DNA of 64,000 nt, taken from positions 186,001-250,000 of the forward strand of contig BQFW01000002.1 in NCBI GenBank assembly GCA_020891255.1, given 5' to 3'. Shown in pieces: positions 12,622 through 23,628 of this stretch; the first letter of the stretch is position 1, and each line of letters opens with the position of its first letter. The stretch is from Entomortierella parvispora E1425. Taxonomy: Eukaryota > Fungi > Mortierellomycota. A model generated the notes under the pieces. It had not been told where the DNA came from. It saw only the letters and a list, made by a program, of their open reading frames with translations, and did not search any database. The translations under genes were made by a program, and so were the position numbers.

Positions 12622-12783
12622 TGGATGGGGCCGATGTTGCTGGCATAGCGTAGTGATCCTGCGCCCTTTTAGCAAAATGAGGATACCTCTCACAGTTCTT
12701 TTCCAAAGCGACAAGGGCACATCGCTTACAGTTGGACTTGAATGTGTAAAAAACTTCGTAGTCTTTATTATATTTTGTTTTTT

Positions 12784-13802
12784 TTAACGGTACCAGGACG
12801 TCAAGGCAATACGTTCATTGAAGGAAGGCATGACGGCATGGTCCATGACACCACTCAAGAAGATGACACAGCGACCAGCCTTGGGTGCAATATCAATCTG
12901 TTTCTCTTCTTCGTCGCCCATGCCCTTGTCAAAGATACGAAGCTCTCCTCCATCGCCCTGCTTCCAGTTGGGATTGAAGTATACAATTGCCTAAAGAACA
13001 AAACAAATAAACGCGTTAAAAAGACCAGTATCGTTTGAGCGGCACTTCAAGAGCTCGCTTTCCTCATCCATTTTTTTTTTTTTTTTTTTTTGAATGTCCT
13101 TACAGTGACGCGACGTTGATCCTTGTCCTCTCTGTCGCTTGTAGGGAAAGAATCACGATGTCTCTCGTAATGGCTCGAATCTGGAGGGTAATAGGCCAAT
13201 TGGTATTCAGCCTGTCCATGAAGGTGCACAACCTTGGCCAAATCCTCATGCAATTGCTTCGAGAACCAATCCACACAGGCCTTCAACGCTTGACTCTGTT
13301 CCAAGAATTTGGAGCCGGGTGACACCCAGATCGTGTAATCGCCTCGTGCGTTTCCCTCACGGAAGGGATCGTCCTCCTCGTTGTGCTTCCCACTGGCTTT
13401 ATCCATCTGACCCGTCTTGAACATCTCGGTGCCCCACTCACGAACGGATTGGATCACAGAGAGATCAAGCACGTTCTCGAGCGTGGTATATCCTTGGTGA
13501 AAGAGCTCGTTGGCGTGATCGGATGTGAGGACTTTGAAGGCTGAAGAGTCAACGTCTTCATTAAAGAGCTCCTGGGCAAGGAGAATGGGGGGCATGGACG
13601 CATCGAGGTGCTGCAGGAGATCCATCTCTGAAATCTCTTCCACCTCCTCTTCCTCTTCCAAGCCTTCTTCGTACTCGTAATCCGAAGGGAGAGACTCGAC
13701 ATCGTCGCCGGGGAATGGAGGCAGATCTGATGAGCCTTTGGATGTGGCGTACTTCATGATGCGGCTTGCAAGCGCATCCTCGCTTGATTCATTGTGGTCC
13801 AT
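12784..13802 (-). CDS. Fe(II)/2-oxoglutarate dioxygenase, PHD/EGLN prolyl-hydroxylase-like
   Basis: Exons 13802-13104 and 12990-12784 (301 aa). ARGDYTIW, HYERHRD (HxD), RRVT|AIVYFNPNW, GGELRIF, IAPKAGRCVIFLS, distal His in DHAV, and ERIALTSWY (2OG-binding Arg). Confidence 0.88.
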
Positions 13803-13943
13803 GGTGAGTAAATGTCTATGGGATGGCTGTCGTTTGAGGTTGAGCGCAAGTACAATTTTTTTTTTATTCTGTTATTGTGACCTTCTTTTTCGCGACTCGC
13901 GGTCAAGTTCACAGCACAGGGCACCATGGCACGCGATGACGAC

Positions 13944-15390
13944 CTAGAGAAGAGTGCTGTTGCTGGCTGTTCGCTGCAGATTCGTGGCTCCTCGTGAATA
14001 TAAAGTTGAGGCTTCTGTCTGGAGCTCGCACACCTGGCTGTGAACGAGTTCCCCTCGAGAGGATAAAAAATCCTTTCTTTCCACAAGTCGTGCGTTCAGG
14101 GTGTTCTGCAGCTCGTCCAAATGTCTAGGAATCAATCGGGAACGTTCATAAGTAAATGATCCACACGTCTTATTGTGCTTAAACAAAACTCACTCAATGG
14201 TCTTTGTCGTGAAGCTGATCCCTGCACGAAAGGCTGCCTCGAACTCTATAATAGTCATCCAGTAAGTATTGGTTGTTGTTTGTGATCCAGAGGAGGAGAG
14301 GACCATACAATCCAGGATCAGCCTCTTTACCTTGAAGCCTGATTTTGAATTCAGCTGTGGATGCTGGAGTAGTCAGCACCGGTTGATCATACTGGCCAGG
14401 ATGATCGTAACCATTGCCACTACCGTTAAATGATGGGGTCGTTGGCACACTTCCCGATGGCCGTTTACCTTGAGCAACAACGCTCACCGCAAAAGAAAAT
14501 GTCTTTCCCGTAGAGGTTGATCGACCTTGAGGCGTAGGTCGCGACAGTGTGTGGACTTTTCCATCTTTCCTGCTCTTGATAAAATCAGGTGTCTTGCAGA
14601 AGGAGGAGGATGTTTGTTCTTTCTCAAGAGGCGGTGCTTTGGTTCGCTGGAAGCTCACTTCATTGTCGGGGTCCATATCTTCGATTCGGTCCAGCTCTGG
14701 CGTTTGACGGACCGAGAATGGCGCGTCACCCATAAGAAAAGCGTCCAGCTGGTCGAATGTTTCATTCAGAGCGTGAGATGTGTCCGAGGTCGCTGATCTA
14801 GAGGCCAAGACTTCTTGTCCTCTCTGACGGGTAGTAGGTGAGGCTCCAAGCACTTGAGAAGGCTTTTGAGAGCCAAAGTCAAAGTCGAGGTCCAGAGGAT
14901 CTGAAGAAAGGCAGGGTGCGATGTAGTTCCGGTTTTGGGAGGCACAGTCAACCTTATCTTGCCCAGACATATCTGAGGGTAAGTGTCGTTCCTTGAAGGG
15001 CGCCTTTGCTGGCCTCCCTGATGTCGGAGAGTATTCTGAATGGCGTTTGAGTTTTCCTGACGCAGACCCTCGATTGTTGGGAGAGCGTAGCCTCTTGGGA
15101 TCAGAATCCAGGGCATCCTCAAAGATATCATCAAGATCCGGCAACGAGTGGTTATCGTCGGGAGAGTCGCCACTGTCATCTGAGATGTTTGTACAAGGGC
15201 TGCGGTGTTCTTCTGGCGAAAGTGGGATGCTGTTGTTGCCGATAATGCTCTTGTCAGAGAGGGTCATATCCTCGACTTGACTTTGTCGGGTGGATCTGTT
15301 GCTCCTGTCGAGCCAGGAAGCCGTCGAGCTCTGAGGAGCCCCCGACTTGCCAACGGCAGCTTTGGGTCGCTGTGGGAGAATCCTTCGCAT
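13944..15390 (-). CDS. Hypothetical protein, mostly Ser/Pro/Asp-rich disordered, with a small structured-looking C-terminus
   Basis: Long ORF from ATG 15390 to 14245, a probable 67-nt intron (weak GTTCGA donor, TTTAAG acceptor), and last exon 14177-13944 (~459 aa). No family recognised. Confidence 0.6.
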
Positions 15391-15510
15391 GCAGTTGACC
15401 CGGATAAATCCTGATAGAGAGTGCGGAGGGTGCGAAGGGTGAAAGAAAACGAACGCAAAGGCTTTCTGGCATTGCTCGCGCACGAAACTTCATACGATGA
15501 TTGAAACTTC

Positions 15511-15538
15511 TTTCACGTGATCAATAGAATCACCTGAC
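15511..15538. promoter_or_regulatory. E-box pair (TCACGTGA and TCACCTGA) in the divergent promoter of the hypothetical gene and 4E-BP; SCB-like CACGAAA nearby
   Basis: CACGTG at 15514-15519, CACCTG at 15531-15536, gctcgcgcacgaaac at ~15475-15489. Confidence 0.45.
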
Positions 15539-15972
15539 CACCAAAACTTTTGCGAGCACTGAAAAGACATGGAGCAGCGCCATTCGCTGTTTGTCCTTCA
15601 CTGCTTTTTTTGCTCAATCGATCAAGGTATTCACAATGACGATTTATAGAAGGATAGCTTTGATAGATTGCTCCCGGGATACAGGTTGATTGCAGTAATC
15701 CACAGAATACCTTGGCTAACGGGATCAAAGTTGAATGGACTTCTTCTACTGCTTCAATTACTGGGAAAACAACTCTGGCGAACCCTCTTTTTTTCTTTGT
15801 CTGTGAAAAGCCATAGAAGACTAACCCTTGACGTCTCCACCCTCCTTCTCCCTCTCCCCCCTTTCTCAACGTCCCTTACTACAGAAAACAGAAAAACGAG
15901 AATACCCTCCTGCATCACCCCAACGGAAGCCGTCCATTCTTTTTTTCTTTTCGTTCAGAAGCCAAAGAAAAC

Positions 15973-17030
15973 ATGTCAACCAACTCGAGAGCGATCCCCC
16001 TCCCCAGCAGACGTGCGGAACCTGGCACGCCTATCCCTCTGGACTATGGCACCACCCCCGGCGGCACCATCTACTCGAGCACCCCCGGAGGTACAGCTTC
16101 TTTGTTTTTAATAATTTTTTCCTCCTTCCCTCTCACACCCGTCAACAACAACAATCAACAACAACCAAAAACAAAAATCAAAAAACGGCAAGGAGCAAGA
16201 CAATTTCAGGAGGAACTCAGGCTGCACAGAGAAGGACCGTTATGAAAACGTTGCCAGTCTGCAGCTTCCTTGGACAAACAACACAGGGCTATTGTCAAGA
16301 GTGTTTGCATCATTTTTTTCCACCCCGAAAGTCCAGGATCACCAGGATCTTTCTCCAGGCGGGTCTCAGTCACCCATCTCTGTTGTGAGAGGTCAGGGCA
16401 GGTTGCGGAACAATTTGGACATGGGACCACGGCCCTGGTCAGGTGGTTGCAAGCTATTTTTCAGGAGACGGGAACATACGCCCAAACATTCACTGACCCC
16501 ACACGACTCTTACGTTCAATTGACTACCTACAAGAAACACCAGTGAACCAACAGCAAGGAATCAACTTCTTTTTCTGAGAATCTCCCTTCTTTCGCTGTA
16601 TTCATCAATTAGGCACCAGAATTATCTATGACCGCAACACCTTGTTGAGTCTTCGCAATTCGCCTCTGTCCCGTACTCCTCCCGCCAAGCTCGCCTTCGT
16701 TGCTGGTGTCACTGGAGCCAGCTTGCCCCACCAGGCCGGTTCCCACCTCGGTCGCAGCCACTTGAACGTCGAGGCCCATGACTCTGATTCCGAGGATGAG
16801 GACTCTGACGATGAGAAGCGCAAGGCTCACGCCAAGGCTCAAGAAGAGGAGGATGCCAAGGGTAAGAACAGAGCCAGTTTATTTTTGCCCCCCTCTGTGT
16901 TTGATCTGTATTTCAGTTCCTTGATAACTGACGACTTTGTGTCCCCATTTGTGTTTTATTTTACTTAGCCCACGCCGCTGCCTCCAAGGAGATCAAGGAT
17001 GGTCAGCTCTTCGATATGGACATGGAGTAA
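15973..17030 (+). CDS. EIF4EBP: eIF4E-binding protein (metazoan-type 4E-BP), 142 aa
   Basis: Exons 15973-16090, 16613-16861, 16969-17030. Spliced: [62 protein letters not shown]. Carries RAIP, two TPGG sites, YxxxxLL, SP/TP sites and a TOS-like tail. Confidence 0.95.
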
Positions 17031-17252
17031 AAAAAAAAGGAACCCGTTAGACTGTACATACTTTTTTTTTCTTGGAATGCAATATAAGGGAGGATCTTTC
17101 TCGTGTGAACAATTCCGAAAGCCAGCAAGCAGTCTTTGTAGAGGGGATGTTTTGTCATCATTTATTCGGTCTCTCTTGTTTCGTTGTAAAAATAATATAG
17201 TGTACAATAGTGTCGACAAAAAAAAGGGTGGTCGACACAAAGCGGACCGCGT

Positions 17253-19685
17253 CTAGGGTGCAGGGGTATCCTTGGCCAACTGGCGAGAATACGACCACCC
17301 ATTTCCTTCACGGCTAGGAGCTTGATTAGAGGCCCAAGCGGAGGAAGAAGAGGCAGATGACGAGGAAGAAGAAGAGGAGCCTCCGACCGACGCCTCCGAC
17401 TCTTCGCGTGCCATGACTTTTCGGACCTTGTAGTCTCTGGTCACGGCAGTCGAGTTTGAGGAGGACGCAGTGGGGGCGGGGGAGGTGAAAGGATTGGTTA
17501 GCAAGACCGAGGATGAAGGGCCGGCAGAGAGCTCGCCAGAGTGTAGGGTCATTGAAGTAGTAAGGTCTTGAGTCAGCATGGGAATCGACATGGCGCTCGA
17601 GTGGGCGAGGCGTTGTTGGGGAGCGGAGGAAGGACCGGCCTCCTCATCGTCCGTATCGAGATCGGAGCGTCTTCTCGGTGTTCCATGCATCAAACTGGAA
17701 GAAGAACCAGCCCTGCCGTGTTCTGATGCGGCGTGGCCGTGACGAGGGCGAGGAGCAGTCAACGCCGGATTGGGCAAAGGCGAGGATGTAGCTCCATTAG
17801 AGGACACAGACGCGGCGGTGGCAGTGAACGAGGCTTGGCTTCTGCTGCGGAGCAAATCCTGCTGTCGCTGGTATCTCGCAAAATGCTCTCGGGCATGGAA
17901 AGAGAAGAGGCGTTTCGCCTCTGACTGATGATGAGGAGGAAAATGTTGCTGAAACTGCGCATTCAATTGCTGCGCGAGCTCGTTGTGTCGACCTGGATAG
18001 AGAGCCACTTGCTGAACAAAGGCTTGAGCAAGCTGTTCTGGTGTTGGTGAGTTGGGCAACACTCCGAGATGTTGGGTGACGGGCGCAATGGGCGAAGTAG
18101 AGGCTGGCGCGGTCGAGAAATTGGGGTGGGTCATGGATCGCTGTGGGGGCTGAGCAACAGAACGGAGCGACGACGGTTGCAAAGGTGCATGGGGTCGCAT
18201 TTCCTGTCTTGGTCCCTGGAATGGTGAGGGCTGGTTTGGTTGCCGGGATTGCATGCTTGGAAGAGGACGAGGGGCAGGTTGTGGCGCCGCCGCTGGTGGT
18301 TGTGTAGACTGCAAAGCCGGTGCAGGAGTAATATGTCGGGAATGGTGATGGTGAGAGTCATGACTATGGCTGGTACTGCTGTGTCCCGAAGAACTGTTTC
18401 CATTATCACCACCTCCAATTATCCTGGCACCTGCGGCTCCTGAGCCACCTGAGGGTATTGATCCTCCTTGCATGAGATTGGTATTGCCATCTGGTTGATC
18501 TTGGAGATCTGCTGGGGGTGGTGGGGGTGGTGGTCCTGGTGGAAGGTCAGTTCCGTAGGAAGTGGAAACGCCCATCGCGTCTGCTCTCTTCTCCACGCAC
18601 CACCAGCGGTGCCCTTCACTCCAAGCCTTGCTCTGACAGGGCTTGCTGCAATATTTGGCTTTGCGGCAACGGCGACATTTAGCAAACTCACGAGGCTTGG
18701 TCTCCCACTTGCCGCAGCCAGTGTATGCACATTGGCGGATGCCTTGTCTGGTCTCGTCCTTGCGACAGGCATTCCGCATGATAACGCCAGCCCAATATTG
18801 AATCTCAAGAGGGTGGAGAGTGCGGTGGGTAAATTTTTCCACAATGGCAAAGACATTGGGGCCGGTTTCGGTGAGAAAAGAGTTTCGGAGCGATGGGTAC
18901 TTTGAAAGGTAGGCCAAGAGCTGGAGTGCATGCAAGATATCGTCCTCGCTGTAGAAGAACTGTGGATTGGTATCATTGTGAATGGAGCGCGTCGCTTCGG
19001 ATGTCACGGGGTGCTGCGAGGCCTCGTCCAGCGAGGCAAGACTAGTGACGCCACCAACGGTAGTCGCGGCGGCGGCGACAGGACTCCTGTAGGGCGAGTT
19101 ACGAACAGGCACGCGCGTATTTGTGTTCATGTCCTCAGCCAAGGGCGAAGGAGACGCATCTGCGAGCGCGGCGTCAATTCTAGTGTTGGACGGGGACATT
19201 GGCGAAGTGGCACTGCTATCCAAGGGCTGAGATTGTTGTTGTTGTTGTTGTTGGTGTTCGAGTTTGCGCTGAAGGCGCTTGCGCTCGTTTTCCTCGCTCA
19301 CTGTCTTGAGCAAAGAGAAGAAACTCTCGAGCAAGTTAACGATGACAGGTACCATTCCTGCTTGAACCACTCGCTTCCTGACCTGCTCAGTGCCACGGAC
19401 TCCTATATTGACTACGCACTGGAAGGCGAGGGTCCATTTGAGACCATTCTTCCTGTCGCGGACTTTGGTGTTTTTGAGGATGGTGACTAAGCACTCGAGA
19501 CCACCGTCGCGGGTGAGGATGTCCCGGATAGTTGGACTTGACCCTGTGAGGTATGCGAGATTGGTGAGGGAGTTGATGATGGGCAGGTAGGCTGTGCAGT
19601 CAAGGGCGCGACGGTCGTAATTGGTGCTCGTGATGCAAATTGCCGCTCTGTTCTGGAGCGGAAACATGACATTTGGTTCCCTCAT
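17253..19685 (-). CDS. MUB1: MYND zinc-finger protein (Mub1/SamB family), intronless, ~810 aa
   Basis: Starts MREPNVMFPLQNRAAICITSTNYDRRALDCT..INSLTNLAYLT; contains AFQCVVNIGVRG and YWAGVIMRNACRKD; MYND finger CAYTGCGKWE..FAKCRRCRKAKYCSKPCQSKAWSEGHRWWC. The ORF-track start at 19904 is upstream of the likely ATG. Confidence 0.92.
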   Translation of the reverse strand: MREPNVMFPLQNRAAICITSTNYDRRALDCTAYLPIINSLTNLAYLTGSSPTIRDILTRDGGLECLVTILKNTKVRDRKNGLKWTLAFQCVVNIGVRGTEQVRKRVVQAGMVPVIVNLLESFFSLLKTVSEENERKRLQRKLEHQQQQQQQSQPLDSSATSPMSPSNTRIDAALADASPSPLAEDMNTNTRVPVRNSPYRSPVAAAATTVGGVTSLASLDEASQHPVTSEATRSIHNDTNPQFFYSEDDILHALQLLAYLSKYPSLRNSFLTETGPNVFAIVEKFTHRTLHPLEIQYWAGVIMRNACRKDETRQGIRQCAYTGCGKWETKPREFAKCRRCRKAKYCSKPCQSKAWSEGHRWWCVEKRADAMGVSTSYGTDLPPGPPPPPPPADLQDQPDGNTNLMQGGSIPSGGSGAAGARIIGGGDNGNSSSGHSSTSHSHDSHHHHSRHITPAPALQSTQPPAAAPQPAPRPLPSMQSRQPNQPSPFQGPRQEMRPHAPLQPSSLRSVAQPPQRSMTHPNFSTAPASTSPIAPVTQHLGVLPNSPTPEQLAQAFVQQVALYPGRHNELAQQLNAQFQQHFPPHHQSEAKRLFSFHAREHFARYQRQQDLLRSRSQASFTATAASVSSNGATSSPLPNPALTAPRPRHGHAASEHGRAGSSSSLMHGTPRRRSDLDTDDEEAGPSSAPQQRLAHSSAMSIPMLTQDLTTSMTLHSGELSAGPSSSVLLTNPFTSPAPTASSSNSTAVTRDYKVRKVMAREESEASVGGSSSSSSSSASSSSAWASNQAPSREGNGWSYSRQLAKDTPAP

Positions 19686-19825
19686 GATGAACAACTGACT
19701 GCAGTTGGAGGAGAGAGGACGATGGAGGAAAGAGGGGGAGCAGGTGGTGAAGAAGGTGGTTCGAAAAAGAGAAGGTACAGCGTTGTTTTTGAGTGAATGC
19801 GCAAGGGACGGAGAATGAGGAGGGG

Positions 19826-19866
19826 AAGAGAGAGAGAGAGAGGAGACAAGAGAGAGAGAGAGAGAG
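19826..19866. repeat. (GA)n microsatellite upstream of MUB1
   Basis: Interrupted gagagagaga tract read directly. Confidence 0.8.
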
Positions 19867-22800
19867 GTTAGAATGTAGGATGCAGACAAGCACACGATGT
19901 GCACTGCACAATCAGGGTTTCGAGTTTGTCAAAGACGACGACGTACCTTGCAACGGCACAGCAGCAGAGGAATTGGAGGAGAAGAGGACAAGAATTAAAA
20001 AAAAAAAAAAAAAAAATGCGCGGGAGAAAGAGGACCAGAAAGTGAAAGAATGATGCAATGGTCCAGAAGGAGTGGGGGGCAAGGCAAAGGCAAGGAAGGA
20101 AAGGAGAGAGGAAAGAAGGAGCGAAAGAGAGTGGGTTGATGCAATGAGGCGGTGCAGGCTTGGTTGGGTGGTGTGTGCACTCTGTGTTTGAAGAAATGAA
20201 GGAGAGAGCGGGCTGGGGTTTGTGCAAGGACTTTAAGTGGAAGGGAGAGAAGATGGACAGATCAACACCCGGCAAGGGAACAGGCAGGAGAAGTTGGGCG
20301 GGTATTGAAGATCCGACAAGGGCAAAAAGGATGCAGGGAAGGATGGGAAGCGAAATGAATGGATGTTTGTACGAATGGACAAAAGGGCCAAGCGACAGAA
20401 GAAAGAAAGGAAGAATCGGGACTAATGACGCACTGCCTCCATGGAAAGAATGAATACACTGCCCACTGAATTCAAGCAGAGAGCCCTCTTCATTGATTTC
20501 CCAGCCCTCGCGCGGAGGAGGGCTTGGATCCGCCCTTGGATCCTTGTACTTCCTAGTCCTCAAGTGGTCTACTGCAGGAGCATGTTCGGACCCAGGGCCT
20601 CCCCTCGCTCCCCTCCGTCATCCTCGTCTGCTCCAAAGAAGAATAAAGAAATAATTCATTCGCAGACATGGTCTATGCATACTGACATCCTTCTGACTGG
20701 CCCATGGTGAGCGCATGCCATTGGGATGTCAAGATGACAGGGGTTGCAGTTTCTGCAACTGCGTGTGGTGCAGCTGTTATTGTTGTTACTGCTATTTTTA
20801 TCTTTCTGTGGATATTTCATGTAACATCGGCCTGCTGCACTGTGCGCAATGCATGGCCAAGCAGACCATGACAACACTTTTTTCAACACCCCGACAAGAG
20901 CGAGCAGATCGACCCTCTCGTGGCACTGCCTGCCAGATCGGGGCCTCTTTTTTCTTCTTTCACCCTTCTGGACGTCCATTCCAAAAGCCTCTCTTGTACG
21001 ACAGGGTCTACAGTGCAGCAGAGCGTCAAATGTCCCCCTCATGGCCGTCCTTGCCATCTGCACGTTCACGTCAGTGAGTCCTGACCTGCTGCAGACCTCG
21101 CTTCGCCTCGCAACCTTCTACTCTATTCTTCCACCCCTCCCTCATGCAATGATCGACCCTTCTGAAAGGTTTCGCCGAGAATAGCAGAGCTCTCCTGGCT
21201 TTTTTTTTGTTCCTTATTTCCTCAAGGTTGAGCACTGCCTCTTTCACAAGCACCTCAGGCGACCGAAGCTAGCTTCCACTTTCTTGCTTCCCAGCCCCCC
21301 TTGCTTTTTGACAACTGACCTGTCATCTTGTTCTATCGCCTGTGCAATTAGGGGTACCTTAACCGTTGTTAGCCTGCTCCTGCCAAAGGCAAAGTGAACA
21401 CACAGGTCAAAGGTTGCGACGCCCTCTCAAAGTGCGAATGGTCCAAGGTTGCAGCCCTAGTGAGGCACCCAAGGTTCACGACTTCATGGGCTCGTGGGCG
21501 CAGCTTGCCGAACATCAGCCGAACAGTCACATTATAATCACATGATTTGCCACCAATTTGCATGCCGAGAAGGGTGATGTCGGGCGCGGTTGAACTGCAC
21601 TGGTACTGCTTGGCATGATTTTCTTTTCCATTCTGGACTGGCTTGGCATTGTATTTGCCTATCATACATCCGGTGCAGTGGGGCGTTCCGAGGGAGTGAG
21701 CGCTAAACCGCCAAGACCCAAATATGGCTACAGTTAGGATCAACAACTGAAGTCAAAGACTCTTTGCAGCGTTGTTCTATACGCGGCGACACCGACAAGG
21801 GTAGAGCAGCTTCAAGAATCGTCGACTTTGTGTCATTGTTGTATCGCCCTGATCCGTGCCAATGAGTAACATCTTAAATGACGAGAGAACACGTTGTCGT
21901 GCGTGTGTACACTTGTGCCAAGACCTATGAACAATAATGGAACAGCGGGCGGCTATGCTTTTCGGATTCCACCCTCTTTTTTTTTTTGGCAATTGTGTTC
22001 ATCTGGATGGCAGTTTTGCCCCCCTGAACACACTCCGCCCTCTTTTCCTCACTCGGTTGGAGAGTTGCCAATGCTTATTTCCCGCAGCAATGCAGAAACG
22101 TAGCCAGCAGCCAGAAGCCACCACGCAGAAGGACTGACGAAGACGCGAGTCATGACAGGCTGGCGTGACATCTTTTATCTGCGATTTGCGTCCACGGTTC
22201 CTTCCATGCCAATGTTTGTTTAGATTAGGTTGATGTCGCTTCGCGCCAAGGATGGGCGTATCTTGCTTCGACTGAGGAGTGATGTTGAACCCCCCCCCCC
22301 CTATGAATCGAAACTGCGTCTGAAAGATGCAGCGATGGACTCCGAAAGAGTCAACTCAGGCAAGGACCCCTGCAACGCGATTTTTTTCTTGTCTTGAGTG
22401 GGCAAACAGACAGGGGGACAAATAAGGGGTAGATGTGAGTCTCCCCTTTTGTCTGATCTCCACACTCTTGGAACAGTTTGAAGTACAAAAAAGAGTTGCT
22501 CCAGCAGACACAAAGACTCCAATTGCTGGGTTGCACATTGGGAGGATGCACGTTCTCGGTAGGGGAGTCGGTCAATTTTTCGGTGGCTGCCGAGTTCAAG
22601 TGATCCTTCCCCGGACCCAGTATCAAAATAATGAAATGTATTGAAAGGGTTTCGTATTTGCTCCAGTCGTACGTATTTGCTCCAGAGGGAAGACGCCTCC
22701 CTGGTTTCCTTTTCCTCCCGCTTTCAACAACCCAATCTCCATTTTTTTTTACCTTTTTTTATCAATCTCTCCACGAGTGGGTTGCCGAGAGGTACACGGA

Positions 22801-23628
22801 CGATCAAACAACAATGACACGCACATGATTGACACTTTGTTCTGCGGTGGAAGAACCCTCGACGGCTCGATTATAATTTGCTCAGGCCAGATTTCTTGTG
22901 CCCAAATCTGGCAACGAAACTGCGGAAGAGGCGCATCCAGTCGAAAAAGGAGCACAATTGCCCCATTGCACTCAAAACAGAATAACGATCCGCGGCACTA
23001 AAAGGAGGACCAGGGTTCAAAATGACCTCAAAAACAAAGAAAAAAGAACAAAAAGAATTCTCCGCGTCAACTCAAGATGCACGGCATGCAAAAATTGCCC
23101 TCCACACTGAAAAAAAAAGTCAAAGGCGATTGGGGTCAACAACGTGCACGTCCAAGGCACTGGCGATGATGGAGCAGAAAATGACTGAATGACTGACTTG
23201 CCGACTGACTGACCGACCCGCAGGAGGACACTGACCACCCTCTGACTGACGCTGTTTCAATAATGGCTGCGCGCTTGGGTATAAAAATCAGCAGCGCCTT
23301 CAACCGTCTTCACCTCTTTTTTTCGTCTCTCATGCTTCTCTCTCTTTCACTTTTGCATCTGTTATTCTCCAGAATACAGCTTACCCTCATTCACTCTTGC
23401 ATCTCACATACCTCATTGTTCATTTTTTTCGTTTACTGCATCCTTCGGCAACGTTCAGTTTCTCGTCTTCCAACTGCTTTCGCCTTCTATCCCCCTCGCG
23501 TCTATCCCGTCACCGCTAGATCAACACACCGTCTTCTTGTCAAAGCGACTCTCCACTATCTCTCTTTGTTTAACGTAGCGCAAAGCCACTCCACGACCCC
23601 CCCCCCCCTCTCCTTGTATATATCAGCC

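Noticed and set aside
12455-12706. 83-aa minus-strand ORF with SRVEYKS repeats
   Set aside because: It is the translation of the TTCGAC repeat array and has no coding features.
19686-19904. N-terminal 73-aa extension of the MUB1 ORF in the track
   Set aside because: It derives from a CT/GA microsatellite UTR; family homology begins at MREPNV (ATG 19685).
20715-21077. Cys-rich ORF (CSFCNCVWCSCYCC) resembling a metallothionein
   Set aside because: The Cys come from TGT/TGC-rich low-complexity DNA; spacing is unconvincing and there is no gene structure.
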